Notes under the pieces: generated by a model
What the model saw: only the letters and a program-made list of their open reading frames with translations
What the model was told of the DNA's origin: nothing
Databases searched by the model: none
Made by a program: the position numbers and the translations under genes
In this document: one piece after another, positions 27,785 through 41,640 of the stretch
How positions within the stretch are numbered: position 1 is the stretch's first letter
Layout of the letters: every line of letters begins with the position of its first letter
Source: Eledone cirrhosa
Taxonomy: Eukaryota
Assembly (NCBI GenBank): GCA_964016885.1
Contig: CAXHJY010001064.1
Span: forward strand, 1 to 64,000
Reading direction: 5' to 3'
Length of the DNA: 64,000 nucleotides

Positions 27785-28420
27785 TGATTTCTACTATAGG
27801 CACAAGGTCAGCAACTGTGGTGGAGGGGGAAATTCGATTAAACCTTTAGCATTCACATTACTCTATATATACTATTATATTGTCATGGTAAATGCTTTAT
27901 CTCATATAATTATCTCACCTAATATCGAATCTATGAGATTTTGAAAGTATTTATTTTGAGAACAATACCTTAACATTAGTTTGAATGACCAGTTACAGCC
28001 AGTTTCAACAGAAAAAGGTAGAGAATTCTGGCCGGTTTTGGCCAGTTTGAACATTAAAGGGTTAAATCAACCCCAGTGTGTTACTGGTGCTTTATTTTAT
28101 TGACCCCAATAAAGTAAAGCTCCAGTCACACACTCATGAAAGACAAAGCTAACCATAGCGGGATTTGAACTCAGAACGTAAAGGGCCGTAACTCTGTGCC
28201 ACAAAGCATATTGTTCGACGCTCTACTGATGCTGCCAATCCACTGCAGGACATATTAATAATTGTTTCTATTTTTGGCACAAGGCCAGCAATTATTCCAG
28301 TACATTACTGGTACTTTATTTTATCAACACCGTAAGGATGAAAGGCAAGGTTAACCTTGGTGGGATTTGGATCAAAACGTAAAGAGCCGTAACTCTGTGT
28401 TGTAAAGCATGTCCTATGTG
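27785..28420 (-). mobile_element. SINE B-like element interrupted by a piggyBac-like MITE (~27838-28065), followed by a second SINE B
   Basis: TSD actgcaggacatattaataat at ~27764 and ~28242. MITE ends ttaaacctttagcatt and taaagggttaa. Confidence 0.7.
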
Positions 28421-28934
28421 TAGTCCTATGACAGGGTTTCTCAGTTTCTTTCAACCAAATTGTCTCACACACACACATGTGCACACACACACACATGTGC
28501 AGACACTCACACAGATGCACATATACACAAATCGTAACTCCTTCCTTCATCAACCAATTCTCTATTATCACTCACTAGATCCTCTAATTAAGCATGTCCT
28601 CCTTTTTGTCTTGTTTTTGTTGCTACAAGTGAAACTTCCACTGTTTTAGTTTGTTTTTTTAATTTTGTTTTTTGTTTTTATCTCTCATGATTCAATGAAA
28701 TACACCTGCCTCTCTACTTGTCACTACTACTACAACAACAACATGCATTGTGTTTACCGAGCCTTCCGAGTCCCTGAGCCCCAACAATAAAATTCTTTTC
28801 ACAACTCTTTCTTTCCTACAACTGGAACTACCTTCTCCTGTTTATATTTCTACTAACAGTTAAGAAGAACCTCAAAGAGCACATGTGTATATGTATATAT
28901 ATATGTGTGTATATGTATACATATATCATCTAAG

Positions 28935-29280
28935 GTGGGTAACATTCCCAAGATCCATGTACAAGTTCTCTCCAGTGGTCTCTGTCCTTCATCATCACCG
29001 CCATCTCCTGCATCTCCCACAGACCAGTGTCTGTCCTTAGGGCATCAATATGTCAACCTTGGTCTCCCTCTTCTAGTGTGTTCATGTAGGGACTCCCACA
29101 GGACCACTGAGTGCAGTATCAACACTGAATGTTGGTGAGCATGTCCAGCTAACCTCAGTCTCCTCTGTGTTACTTTCAAGCTGACTTTTGGGAGGTTCCC
29201 GTACAGCTCTGAGTTCTTCATCCTCAGTATATACTGATTAATGTTCAGAGCCATCCTCAGCATTGTGGTGTAGCACCTAT
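28935..29280 (-). mobile_element. RTE 3' fragment (same family as 6720-6965)
   Basis: CYTTMLRMALNI...LYGNLPKVS...[11 protein letters not shown]...RGRPRLTY. Confidence 0.85.
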
Positions 29281-29286
29281 GATATA

Positions 29287-31665
29287 TCATCATCATCATC
29301 GTTTAACGTCCATTTTCCACGCTAGTATGGGTTAGCATGGGTTGTCCCACTTGAGGCAAGGTTGGTCGGGTGACCGTGTCTCGCTCATATAGGACTATCT
29401 GGCAGGTTTTCTACGGCTGGATGCCCTTCCTAACACCAACCACATTTACAGTGTGGAACTGGGAACTTTTTACCATGGTACCTACACGGCCACATTACAG
29501 CGTGGACTGTGTGTGTTTTTTTCTCGTGACACCTACACGATCTCGATCTCATTATCTCGTGCTGTTGGCGGGAGTGGGAGGATAGGGTAGGGGTAGTGGG
29601 ATTGGGGTGTATATTTGGTTAGGAGGTGCCTACTGACTGTAGGTTTCGCTTTGTACATAGGCAAGGAGAGTCTTCTGTATTACTGTGTAGCGCCAAAGAT
29701 CTCGGTCCAGTGACATTGTCTTAGAGAGGTGCAAGTGTGTAAGGTCAGAATTTATCAAATTGTCCCAGGTTTTTCTGGGTCTACCTACTCCGTAACTACC
29801 ATCAATTTTGATCACCCTGCACTTTTTTATACAGCTGTCATCTTTCATGCGCATCACGTGGCCATACCAACGTAGTCTTCTCTCGAGTAAACAGCATCTG
29901 ATCCCTCTTATTCCTAATTTCTCACTTAGTTCATTTATGCTTTGCCGTTCACATATATTACTATTACACATCCAACGGAGCATGCATGCTTCGTTCCTTT
30001 CCAGTCTACGCAGGTCCTCTGCACGCAATGCCCAAGTCTCACTGCAATGTAGCATTGCTGTTCGTATACAAGCATCATGCAATCTGCCTTTCATTTTTAT
30101 GGAGGCACATGGCTTAGTGGTTAGAGCATTGGCCTTGCAATCGACCTTGCATCAGACCGGGTGATGTGTTGTTTCCTTGAGCAAATATTTTATTTCACAT
30201 TGCTCCAGTTTACTCAGCTGTAGAAATGAGATGATAGGGACTGGGGTCCATATCATTCCACTGCAAAGTGGTCATGGAGGTGCCACGTCAAAAAAGCACC
30301 CAGCATTCACTGTAAATGAGGTTGGTGTTAGGAAGGGCATCCAGCTGTAGAAATCAAGCCAGAATCAGTTCCTGTCCCACCCTTGCAAGCAGGGAAAAGC
30401 GGACGTGAAAATGATGATGAAAATGATAATGAAACCTTTTGTGGCCAACAGCGGTATAAGCTCTCTGAACTTTTTCCATCCCGTTCTGACTCTGGCTACT
30501 GTACTTTCAGAACACCCTCCACTACTGCTGATTTCGTCACCCAGGTAACGGAAAGTGCCTACTATTTCTATAGAGCCATCTGGGCAATAGAAGGGGCTAG
30601 TATCCTGTGGACACTTGCTACCTATTGCACCTGAGCATCGGCCACATATAAAGTCTACGTTCTTAGATAGTTTACTTGTGATCCCACTACATCTTTTATG
30701 TACCCATACTTTGCATTTGGGACATAAAATTGAATTTCTGCCTACTCCTTTCCTACACACTGAGCAAGGCCATTTCCCTGAGGGTACCTGTGCCTTGTTT
30801 TCCTTTCTACAAACTAGGACTTTAGTCTTAGACAAGTTAACTTTAAGGCCTTTTGATTCTAGGCCATGCTTCCATGTTTGGAATTTCTTTTCTAGTTCAG
30901 CCATTGATTCAGCTATGAGCGTTAGATCATCTGCGTATAGGAGTTCCCATGGGCAGCCGGTCTTGAACTCCTCTGTTATAGCCTGAAGGGCAATAATAAA
31001 TAGGAAGGGGCTAAGGACAGAGCCTTGGTGAACACCAACTTTTACACTAAATTCTTCACAATATTCATTGTTAATTCTAACCTTGCTGACTGTTTCTTTA
31101 TACATGGCTTGTATAGCTCTCACAAGCCATTCATCAACACCTAGGTTTCTAAGAGCCCACCAGATAATGGAGCGGGGGACTCTGTCAAAGGCTTTTTCCA
31201 GGTCTACAAAAGCTAAGTAGAGGGGTTTACTTTTAGCTAGGTACTTCTCTTGTAGTTGTCGTACAAGGAAAAGCGCGTCTGTGGTACTTTTACCTGACAC
31301 AAACCCAAACTGCATTTCATTTAGATCAATTTGCTCTCTGATTAGTTGCGCTATAACTCTTTCTGTGACCTTCATGACCTGGTCAACTAACTTAATGCCT
31401 CTATAGTTTCCTCTATCTAGAGCATCTCCTTTACCCTTGTAGCAGTTAATGATGATGCTGCTACGCCAGTCTTTTGGTATGACCCCATTCTGTATTACTT
31501 GGTTAACTATACAGGTGACCATAGTATGTCCCACCATTCCAGATGCCTTCAACATCTCAGCAACTATCTCCGAAGCTCCAGCTGCCTTGCCTGTCTTCAT
31601 ATCTTTGACTGCCTTACTTATTATACTACCTTTAACTTGCACCGCTGATCCTTCTATTGGATCGA
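29287..31665 (-). mobile_element. 5'-truncated PHD-RTE LINE, split by a SINE
   Basis: ORF 30365-31642 (NYRGIKL, FVDLEKAFD, HQGSVLSP, YADD, PHD finger, FRYLG) and ORF 29630-30094, then 3' UTR and (GAT)n tail. Confidence 0.95.
30100..30432 (+). mobile_element. SINE family A with RTE-derived 3' tail
   Basis: tRNA-like head and core, one 48-bp unit, taggaagggcatccagctgtagaaa, GAT tail. Confidence 0.85.
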
Positions 31666-31960
31666 CATATATATATATTAGATTTGGTGCTCTGAAATAG
31701 CGATGTTACATAAATGTATGCATAGTATATTTGCCAATATACCGTATGTGTAATTAAAAACATTTTGAAGACTTTACGCTATCATTTTTAAATGTCACTT
31801 ACTTCTTTTTGGCGAAAATATACACACATATATATATATATGCACATATATATATACACACACAAAAATATATATATATATATATTTTAACATTTCAGAC
31901 AAAGCCTTATATAAAACATAGAATTATGAATGACATTCAGCCTGCTAAATACTACAGCTA

Positions 31961-32159
31961 CTAAGTTCGGCTGAAAAGTTCATAGGCTGACTATGAAGGA
32001 ATGATGCTACAGCTGTGAAATCTTGCATACGTTAGTTTCAACTCTTCTTATTAATAACTGCATTGTTTCTTTCTAGGGGACTATGTTGAAAAACAAACCT
32101 CATTTGGTCATTCAATGAGAGTATCTTGGGTAGCCTATGAACTTCTCAGCTGATCCTCG
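31961..32159. mobile_element. Mariner-type MITE (~197 bp)
   Basis: TIR tcggctgaaaagttcataggct and its reverse complement. Copies at 35799 and 42070. Confidence 0.85.
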
Positions 32160-32859
32160 TAGATTTCCCTTATATTATACCTGCCATCTTCATAAAAGGT
32201 AAAGGCACACTTAAGAGAATGTAGTCCCAGTCAACCCACTACTTCTGGTGAAAACAAGATGAGGCAGTTATATGTAGCTAGAACACCTTTGATCATGGTT
32301 CTGTTTGTTCAATCAGGATTGACCTGAGGCTAATCAATAACAACAATACCAACAATATGTGTGTGTATACAGACATACATACCTAAATACATACATACAT
32401 GCATATATACATACATACATACCTAAATACATACATACATACCTAAATACATACATACATACCTAAATATACATACTTACATACATACCTAAATACATAC
32501 ATTCATACCTAAATACATACATACATATATGGTGGCTGCCAACTCGTTTTCGAGTACGGCCACTACTTTATATCCATGTAGGAGAACTCCTACCGATGCC
32601 CTGAACGAGTGTTACTTTTTAGTCCAGCCAGCGACTTGAAAACTCTGGTACAAACACTACACTTGTGACAATTATTGACACATAGTGCTGGGCCCATGGT
32701 ACCATGTGACGACACGTGCAGAGAGATCTCCAGATATAAAGCAATGCCTGTACCATGAAGCTTTTATAGTGAGCAAAGGCACTGTACAAAGCCAGTCCCA
32801 CTCTCTTAACCAAGATGATATTTACCAAAAAGAAGAACAAGTCAACATCATTGGATACC

Positions 32860-33135
32860 ATCAGGGTTGCAGGTGTTATATCAGAGTTTTCCTTCTCCTA
32901 GAATTCTGCCTTGACAAAAGCTAAGTGGTCATCTCTCCTGGTGATTTTGGATGGCCATTGACTCTTAAGAGCTCCTTTGGCCTTTGACAGGTTTTTTTTT
33001 TGTCCTGCAGGATGTCCAAAGTCACCCTCCTCACCAAGAAACCTTGGTGGGGTTGCCAGTTTAGTCGCCAACGACCCGACCATGAGACAGGTTGTACTGG
33101 GATACATGTTACCAGTAGCACCAACTGGTGACCTG
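32860..33135 (-). mobile_element. Probable LINE (RTE-like) 5' UTR with HDV-like ribozyme remnant
   Basis: Minus strand ccagt-ac-aacctgt-ctc-atggtc-GGG-tcg-ttgg-cga-CTAA-actgg, plus ggagaaggaaaactctgat, a motif I recall from RTE 5' UTRs. Confidence 0.45.
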
Positions 33136-33186
33136 ACATACATATATACATACATACATACATACATACCTAAATACATACATACA

Positions 33187-33978
33187 GACCATAGAGGGGA
33201 TAAACCACTCAAAAAGCCTGGCATGGAGTTCCGACAAGTTTATGACATCACACCTTGAGGGATATCTCTATGCAATACAGGAACAAGAACTCCCTACCAA
33301 ATATCTACTGCACAAAAGGGCCATCAGCTGACAATAAATGTAGGCTATGTAAAACAAAGGTCGAGGATGTAAGCCACATTGTTGCCAGCTGCGAAAGAAT
33401 GTCATCTCGCTACTACCTCCCCATGAGACACGATGGGATAGCTAGAACCATCTGGAACGCACTTCGAAAAACAAAATTAACAACAAACGAGGAAGAATAT
33501 ATTGAGACAGATGGCACTAAGGAATACTGGTAGAACCTGAAAATAAAAACTGCCACCAAATTAAAGCACAACCGGCCTGATATTGTTGTTTGGGACCACA
33601 CATTGAAAACGTGTTCTGCTGTGGAGATCAGCTGTAAACGTTGTCAGAAAAATACAGGAGAAGGAGGACATCTACGGACCATTGATGAGGAGTTTACAAA
33701 TCCAGTATCCAAGATACACCTTTAGCTTCATACCCATCATTATTGGAGCTACGGGTTATATACCAACCCGCTTGGACCAAAGTATGACTGAACTTCGATT
33801 TGCGGACAAAGAGCGCAGCTCCCTAATTCATAGTCTACAAATGGCTGCAATAGCTGGCACCTTCAAAATTTGCAAAACATTCTTGCAATTCAAGGGATGA
33901 CAATTTCTTTTCTTTTACAACCTTGCCAGGAAGGTGGCCGGTCAAAAGAATATACTCGAAATTAAGAGAAAGAGATAA
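33187..33978 (+). mobile_element. 5'-truncated R4/Dong-like LINE (CCHC knuckle and RLE) in an (ATAC)n tract
   Basis: CRLC..KVEDVSHIVASC...RHD, NRPDIVVWD...VEISC, IPIIIGATG. One stop codon and a frameshift. Confidence 0.85.
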
Positions 33979-34060
33979 CATACATACCTAAATACATACA
34001 TACTTAAATACATACATACATACATACATACATACATACATACATACATACATACATACA

Positions 34061-34091
<31 letters not shown>

Positions 34092-34529
34092 GTGTGTGTG
34101 TGACTGTCTGTGTGTGTATATACATACATACATACCTAAGTACATACATGCATACATATATTTATACATACAAACATTGCTGTGTGTGTCTGTCTGTGTG
34201 TGTGTCTGTCTTTGTGTGTGAGCTTATGTATGTGTGCATTGATATATATACACACACAGAATTAAAAGCCTGCTGTAGGGAAGAAAAAAATACGATTGCC
34301 AAAGTAGCGGGTAGCAATTGTATGGAAGAGCAAAAGAGTAATAAAGAAAAGAGGAATGAAAGAGGAAAGCGAAAATAAAAAGATGAATGAAACACAGAAT
34401 TATGAAAAAGAAAGAGGAGAAAGAAAGAAAGAAAGCATCAATCCAATAGATTGAGTTCTTCTTAGATTAATACAATAATATTAGCAATAGTATGAGAATT
34501 GGACATTTCATAGAGCCTACTGACTCCTA

Positions 34530-34665
34530 ACATACAGACACACACATATATAGGCAGGCACACTCACACACACATACACATATATAGGCAGGCACACTCA
34601 CACACACACACATATATAGGCAGGCACACTTACATACACACAGACATATAGGCAAGCACATTCAC
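34530..34665. repeat. ~32-bp tandem repeat within a CA-rich tract
   Basis: catatataggcaggcacactcacacac, 4 copies. Confidence 0.8.
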
Positions 34666-35798
34666 ATACTCACACGCAGCTCACACACATATCCATGCAC
34701 ACTCACATGCACACACACACATGCACATACACATACTACATACATACATATGCATGCACACTCACATACATGCACTATGATATGCACACATAGACATATA
34801 CAACATACACACTCGTGTACATATACACACTCATACACACATATACACACTTTCATACACACATGTGCACACGCATACAGGCAAAAACATCAATTAGTAT
34901 ACAAATATAACAAAAACAACATGCACATATAGGCATACACATTCATACACACATATACACATTCACATGCATATATATATGCACACACATGCAGGCACAC
35001 ACATATAGACTCATAATCATATACACATACAGGCACACCTACATACACACATACACACATTCACACAGTCAAATTCTGGTTGCTATGAGCAACACAGATC
35101 AATCATTATAACAATGTGAATGTTGAAGGTGATTGCTATTGAAAATGACTGTTATTAATATTGGTGAAAATATGTATACTTTTTTGATAACTAAAACGTA
35201 GTTTATTCTTGAGATTGTGAAAAGATGAATGTGAGTGTTCAGCTGTGTCAAGTACATTGCTCCACTTTACTGAAATGGTTATGAAAGTGTCTGCAGGTCA
35301 CGATGCCATGGTGTGCTTCGATCTGGTGCCCTCCTTGTTGCAGTATTATTATATGACACCTTGTATAACATAGAGTTGTAGGGGTGCTGTGGTGACATAT
35401 ACAATGTATCTTGGGAATGTTTAAACCCTAGCTGAAGCCCATCCCTTCTCCAGGTCTCTGAACACAGTTGATTTCTTCAAGAGAGAGAGTGTGACTGAGA
35501 GAAAGTGAGAAAGAAATATGGAAAAATAATTGTTTCTACTTTAGGCACAAGGCCAGCAATTACCCAGTGCATTACTGGTACTTGGAAAAATAATCACTCC
35601 CAATTACGTGACTGGTAATTTTTGTATAGATCTCGGAAGGATTACAGTCAAAATAGACTTTGGTGGGTTATAAATTCAGAGTTAAGAGCATTAGAAGGAA
35701 TATTGCAAAGCATTCTATCTGACATTCTAACAACTTCGTTCATTCACCACCTTTTATTATATCTTAACAGAAACCCAAACTTCTATAAGGACAATATA

Positions 35799-35994
35799 CG
35801 AGTGTCGGCTGAAAAGTTCATAGGTTGACTATGAAGGAGTGATGCTAGAGCTGTGATATCTTGTGTGCATTAATTCGAACTCTTCTTATTAAAATACATT
35901 GTTTCTTTCTAAGGACTATGTTGAAAAATAAACCTCATTTGGTCATTCCATGAGAGTATCTTGGTTAGCCTATGAAATTTTCAGCTGACCCTCA
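35799..35994. mobile_element. Mariner-type MITE
   Basis: TA-CGAGTGTCGGCTGAAAAGTTCATAGG...CCTATGAAATTTTCAGCTGACCCTCA-TA. Confidence 0.9.
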
Positions 35995-36917
35995 TATTTA
36001 ATATTTAACACAGCAACAATAGAGTAATCTCCCCTTAACACATAATGCATTGTTAAGGAAAGAAATTCATTAAAAAATTTCAGCGTGCTGAAGGTTAATT
36101 GCTCTGAATCTTAACAAAAGGATGATCTTTTAACTTTGTTTAAAACAGTTTTTATATATTCAATTTTTGATGATGACTATGAAATAAAATTTTATGAGAT
36201 TTACAATGGAGAGGTAAACTTCCCATCTGGCTAGCTTGAATGAGTGTTGAAGTCACTGATAAATCAGTATATGTATGTGTGTATGTAGTGGTTAACTTTC
36301 ACTTTGTCACAATATAATAGTATATAAACCGGCTGTATTTGGCTAACATTCTCTCATATCTGGTTTAAATGCTAAAAGGTTAAGGGACATGTGTTGTGAA
36401 AGACATTTCACTAATTCTCCAGGCTCACTACTCTCCTGAATTGAGAGTTGACATCATCTGAACTGTGATAACAGAACTGAAAGCCATCCTGAATATGCTT
36501 TGTAAATTTTGGTGGAAGCTATAATCGATTAAATTGACCATAGTAATTAACTGGTACATATTTTATCAACCCCCATTAGCATTTAATCTCAGAATGTAAA
36601 CAGAATCCATTAAATACATTGCAGTACTACATTAACTGTGTTACCAATTCTGCCAATCTATTTAATTACATTAAAGTCAACTTAATCCAATTAGACCTTC
36701 CCTAAAGATTTAGCCTTGTACCTAGTCAAAAGAAAGCAGATATAAAGTTTGATCTTACACTAAACTAAATGATAGGATTACCAGAAATATCCATATTTAG
36801 TTTTTATGCAAAGAAAATAAATATATAAATATAGACAAAAAAAAAAATCTACCAAAAGTATAAAGGAGAAAATCAATCTATCATTTGGTTAGAAAAGATT
36901 ATTATTTCTCTGGAAGT

Positions 36918-36918
36918 G

Positions 36919-36949
<31 letters not shown>

Positions 36950-37137
36950 GTAATAACAGCAGCAACAAAAAAACAAAAACAACAACAACAGTAATAACAG
37001 CAACAACAACAACATTAATAACAGCAACAACAACAGCAACAACAGTAATAACAGCAACAACAACAAAAACAACAGCAACAACAAAAACAACTAAAACAAC
37101 AACAACAACAGTAATAACAACAACAACAACAACAACA
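36918..37137. repeat. (AAC)n-derived compound microsatellite
   Basis: Direct reading. Confidence 0.95.
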
Positions 37138-37451
37138 TAGTCATCAAGTATAGTCTGTCAAGGAATTAATGATCAAATTTTTCATAAACGGGCATAAGAG
37201 GAGAGACTAAAAGAAAAATAAGTTTGGCAGTTAACCAATTATAGTAAATTAAATTTAGCCAACCCACCATAAAGTGGTATGAAAAAATGTATTGACTACT
37301 ATGTTATAATAGATTTATTTTTTCAAAATATGGTTTAATACATACAGAGTGCAGGAACTTATGTAAGAAAAAGGTCAGTAGTTCTGATTAAGTACTGATT
37401 TTGTCTGTGATAACCTGCCCAGGCATTGCAACCAGGGCAAGCAAATATTAA

Positions 37452-37672
37452 CCCTTTAGCATTTAAACCAGCCATATCCAGTCAGAATTCTCTCACCTCT
37501 TTCTCCTTAAACCAGCTGTAACTGGCCACTCATACCAAGGTTAGGGTATTGTTCTCAAAATAATAATAATATCAAAATCTCATAGATTCAATATTACGAG
37601 ATAATTATGTGAGGTAAAAGCCTTTACTGCAAAAGTCAATAGTATATATAGAGTAATGTAAATGCTAAAGGG
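37452..37672. mobile_element. piggyBac-like MITE family 1
   Basis: TTAA-CCCTTTAGCATTTA...TAAATGCTAAAGGG-TTAA, a perfect 14-bp TIR. Confidence 0.92.
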
Positions 37673-38917
37673 TTAAGTCATGATCATCATTATGGTGGTA
37701 TATAAATAGAAAACTTATTTGCTGTAGTTATCACAAATATAATTTTATTTTGTTTATAAACAGGCTGATTGATTTTCCAATTGCAGGTGTTATATGATAA
37801 ATTATACATACATATATATACAATATACACAACGGGTATTCAGAAGATACATTACATACCTGAATGATTATAACAAATATAAATATATATATATATTGCC
37901 AAACAAAGGGTCGAAAGGAGTCTTCAAGTAGGTCAAATGCATCCAGTACACTGTGTAAAGTGGTTAGTGACCATGGTTTGCTCATATAATTCGTTTTTAG
38001 CTTGGTTTTCTATGGCTTGATGCTCTTCCTAATGTCAACTACATTTCAACATGGACTAGAAACTATTTTAGTGACACCAGCACTACTACGTTCAGAGTTG
38101 TCAGGGTGCTTTTTGTCATGACAGCAATACAACCACCTTGCAGAGAGGATTAGTTACTATTGTTGTGGCATCAGCATGACAACCTTACAGAGTGGACTGG
38201 GTGAACTGGGTGATGTGCATATGTGTATTTGTCTCTCTCTTCTCTTTGCATATTGACATTGCAAGAGGTGATATTTGTTTACATTCTGTATAAAGAGAAA
38301 TTTCGCTATTCAGTAGTAAGATGTGCAAAGATCTGTATTTAACTTCTAAATTTTGCTCTCAAAGTACTGGTCAGTCCAAGGCTATAGTAGACAACACTTT
38401 CTCAAGGTGCTACGCAGTAGAATCAAAACTGAAACCACATAGATGTCAAGCAAACTTCTTTACCAAACAGCCATGCTAGTACTATTTAGTGACAAATAAC
38501 CTTCTGAATGATATTAGTTACTCTTTGATAGTTGGGTTATATGTGAGCTATTTCTAGCATCATTTCATACCTGTCACATTGTCCATGATATACAAATATT
38601 TGCTTGGTTGGTTGATCCATGCATGCATGTAATTTTTACACCACGCTGGATTGGTAAGGATTTATTCCATTTACCAACAGGTAAATATTATTTTTATACT
38701 TAAAAAAAAGCCCTCTGAAGAAATTATATTCTTCAGCATTGTCTGTTTTATGTATTCAAATGGTCAATGCTTTTTCTTGACAAATGAAACCACAATAAGG
38801 CTAAGATTATTGGTAAAGGTGTCTTATTTAGGAGGTTTACTAGGAATCTGCCTGTAGATAACTTTGTAAAATTTATACTATATGTATATCATAATCATCA
38901 TCATCATCATCACTATT

Positions 38918-38948
<31 letters not shown>

Positions 38949-40420
38949 ACACGCACACGTGTGTGTATGTGTGTACACATGCATTTATTTCTTGACTGAT
39001 TTCAGTCATTGAGCCTTAACTATGCTGAACCATTTCAGTCTGATACATGATTTATTCATGAACTGGTTAAGTTACTATTGACATCTAGGGACTGATGGTA
39101 TATACTATGCACACACACAGACACATACATATGTATTATAACCATACGTTTATATATGTTCGCTTGCTTTTAAGTACACATGTGTGAGGTATTGTTGTTT
39201 AGCTCCAAGTCAGTTCTTATTGAATTGTCCTATAGCACATACATGATCAGTTAAATGACTAGGTGCCATCTTTCAATGGGTACAAGGTGAAAAATGGCCA
39301 CAGGATGCCATTGGAAAGAAGCTGTTGTAGAAGAAGACTGGAAAACTCTGGATAAAGGTAATGAGAACTGATCTCAAAACACTGAACCACGTAGTGAAGA
39401 TGATGAAGTAATGTTAATAGTGTAAGGAGGCTGTGCTGAAAAGGACCCATCCAACCCATGCAAACATGAAAAGGTAGATGATGATGAGGATGATATATGC
39501 TTTAAAAAAAATATATATATATATATATCATCATCATCATCACTGTTTAACGTCCATTTTTCCATACTTGCATGGGTCAGATGGGTCATCCGCATAGAGA
39601 GACATGCTGTACATTGCTTCGGCGGGACTGTAAATTTGGCCGGAGATTTTACAGCAGTATGCCCTTCCTAACACCAACCACATTTACAGTGTGGGACTGG
39701 ATGGCACCACAATGAGGAAGGGTATGCTAGTTGGCTGTGTCACAGCAGAACCATGGTTTGGGTGCCACAACCACATTTGCAGAGTGGAACTGGAGGGCAC
39801 CTCTATGAGGAGGAACAGGTCAGTTGGCTGCACTGAACCCATCTGATAGGACCTGGTGGAAGAAGTGTTTGAGGACTCTGCCCCCACAACCCTCTCAGGA
39901 ATAAGTGGGCAAAGAAAAAGATATGTTGATTGTGTAACAGCTAATAAATACATCAGCTAATTATATCCAGTATATACACATTGAAGGACCTTCAGCTATA
40001 GAAACCAAGCCCAAAACAAAATATATGAGCAAGACATGGTCACTTGATAGTCAAACCATACGGATTTAAAAACTGTCTAACCCATGCAAGCATGGAAAAT
40101 AGATGATGATGATGACATATATATGGAAATGTATGGAAAACTTACATGCATGTTTTAGTAAACAAACATTTCTAATCTCATGCTGAAATGTTGACACCAT
40201 GGTTAAATTCTAAGTTTTTTCCTAAGAGCCAGAAAAAACAGATCAGGCTGACTAGTTTCAGCATTCACCAGTTACTCCTTTCTCTTCACAGAGAAAAAGA
40301 GTAGTTTACACTGAAATGAAATATTCATTTTTCTCTGTGTATATTTTGTTTCTCAATTTCTTTTCTTTCCTTTTTTCAAGTCACAACTTTATTTAATATG
40401 TGAATGATGTGATGAATCAT

Positions 40421-40591
40421 TTAAACCTTTAGCATTTATACCGGCCATATCCAGCCAGTATTCTCTCACCTCATTCTGTTCAAACGGGCCATAACCAGCT
40501 GCTCATACTTATGTTAAAGTATTGTTCTCGAAAGCCTTTACTGTGAAAATACAATAGTAAATGTATAGTAATGTAAGTGCTAAAGGATTAA
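40421..40591. mobile_element. piggyBac-like MITE family 1, internally deleted
   Basis: ttaaacctttagcattta...gtgctaaaggattaa. Confidence 0.75.
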
Positions 40592-41420
40592 GCCCAATGC
40601 AACCATAGTGAATTATAACAATATTTATTTTTCATTTTATTTAATTATATTTTTTATTAGTTAATAATTTTTTCTTTTTCTTTTTTCGAAATTAGTATTC
40701 ATTTAAGTATTTTGTATAAACACTATGAAATTTGAAAAAATATAGTATTTTGTTGTCTTTGGAATGTTGCTGAATGTTACTGTCAGAGGCAAAAGTGTAC
40801 TCCCAAAATTGTCCAATATACAACAGGTAACCAGGTCATCTCTTTACTGAAAACATTAGATTCTGAACTTATGCAAACATGTTCAAATAAAATATATACA
40901 TATTTCAACACAGAAGCAAAACAGCTAGAGTGAAACATCAAATATCTTTATTTCTATTTCTTGGCTGTCTTTTCTACACAGTTACTAATATATAAATATT
41001 CAACCTGGATATTAAATAAAACATAAGTAGGGAAGGATATCAAAGATATAATTGAGTTTGCAAATACTTTTTATTATAGATATTTTCCTTATGGAAGACT
41101 TCTGCCTTATCAGATGTGTTTTGAGGTAAAGGCTGAAAGTATTTACAATCCTGATTATATTTTAATAATGGTTTTTACTTTAGGCACAAGACCAGTAATT
41201 ATATTCTAACAATGAAAGCACCAACTGAAGGTTGGTTAGCTTTGTTTGTTAGAGTGTAAAGTGGATAACATTATCATTATCATCATCATCATTTAACATC
41301 TATTTTCCATGCTAGCATGGGTTAGGCAGGTTTGTCCCATTAGAGTCAAGGGGGACCAACCCGTCTAACCCCTGCTAGTGTGAATGTTAATGGTTCAATT
41401 CTCATATTAGCCATCTTTTA

Positions 41421-41640
41421 GTGTGGTGGATTGGCAGAGTTGGTAGCACATTATAAAATACCACTGGAGTATTTGTACTGGCTCTTTACACTCTGTGTTC
41501 AAATCCTGCTGAGGTCAACTTTACCTTTCATCCTTCTGGAGGTCAATAAAAAAAAGTACCAGTAAAGTACTGGGGTTGATTAAAATCAACTTTATCCTTC
41601 ACTAAAATTTGCTGGCTTTCTGCCTATGCTGGAAATCAAT
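41421..41640 (+). mobile_element. Diverged SINE B-like copy
   Basis: gtggtggattggcag...gttcaaatcc...cctttcatccttc...aagtaccagt. Confidence 0.75.

Noticed and set aside
36902-37140. Poly-Leu or Thr/Asn ORFs
   Set aside because: (AAC)n microsatellite translations.
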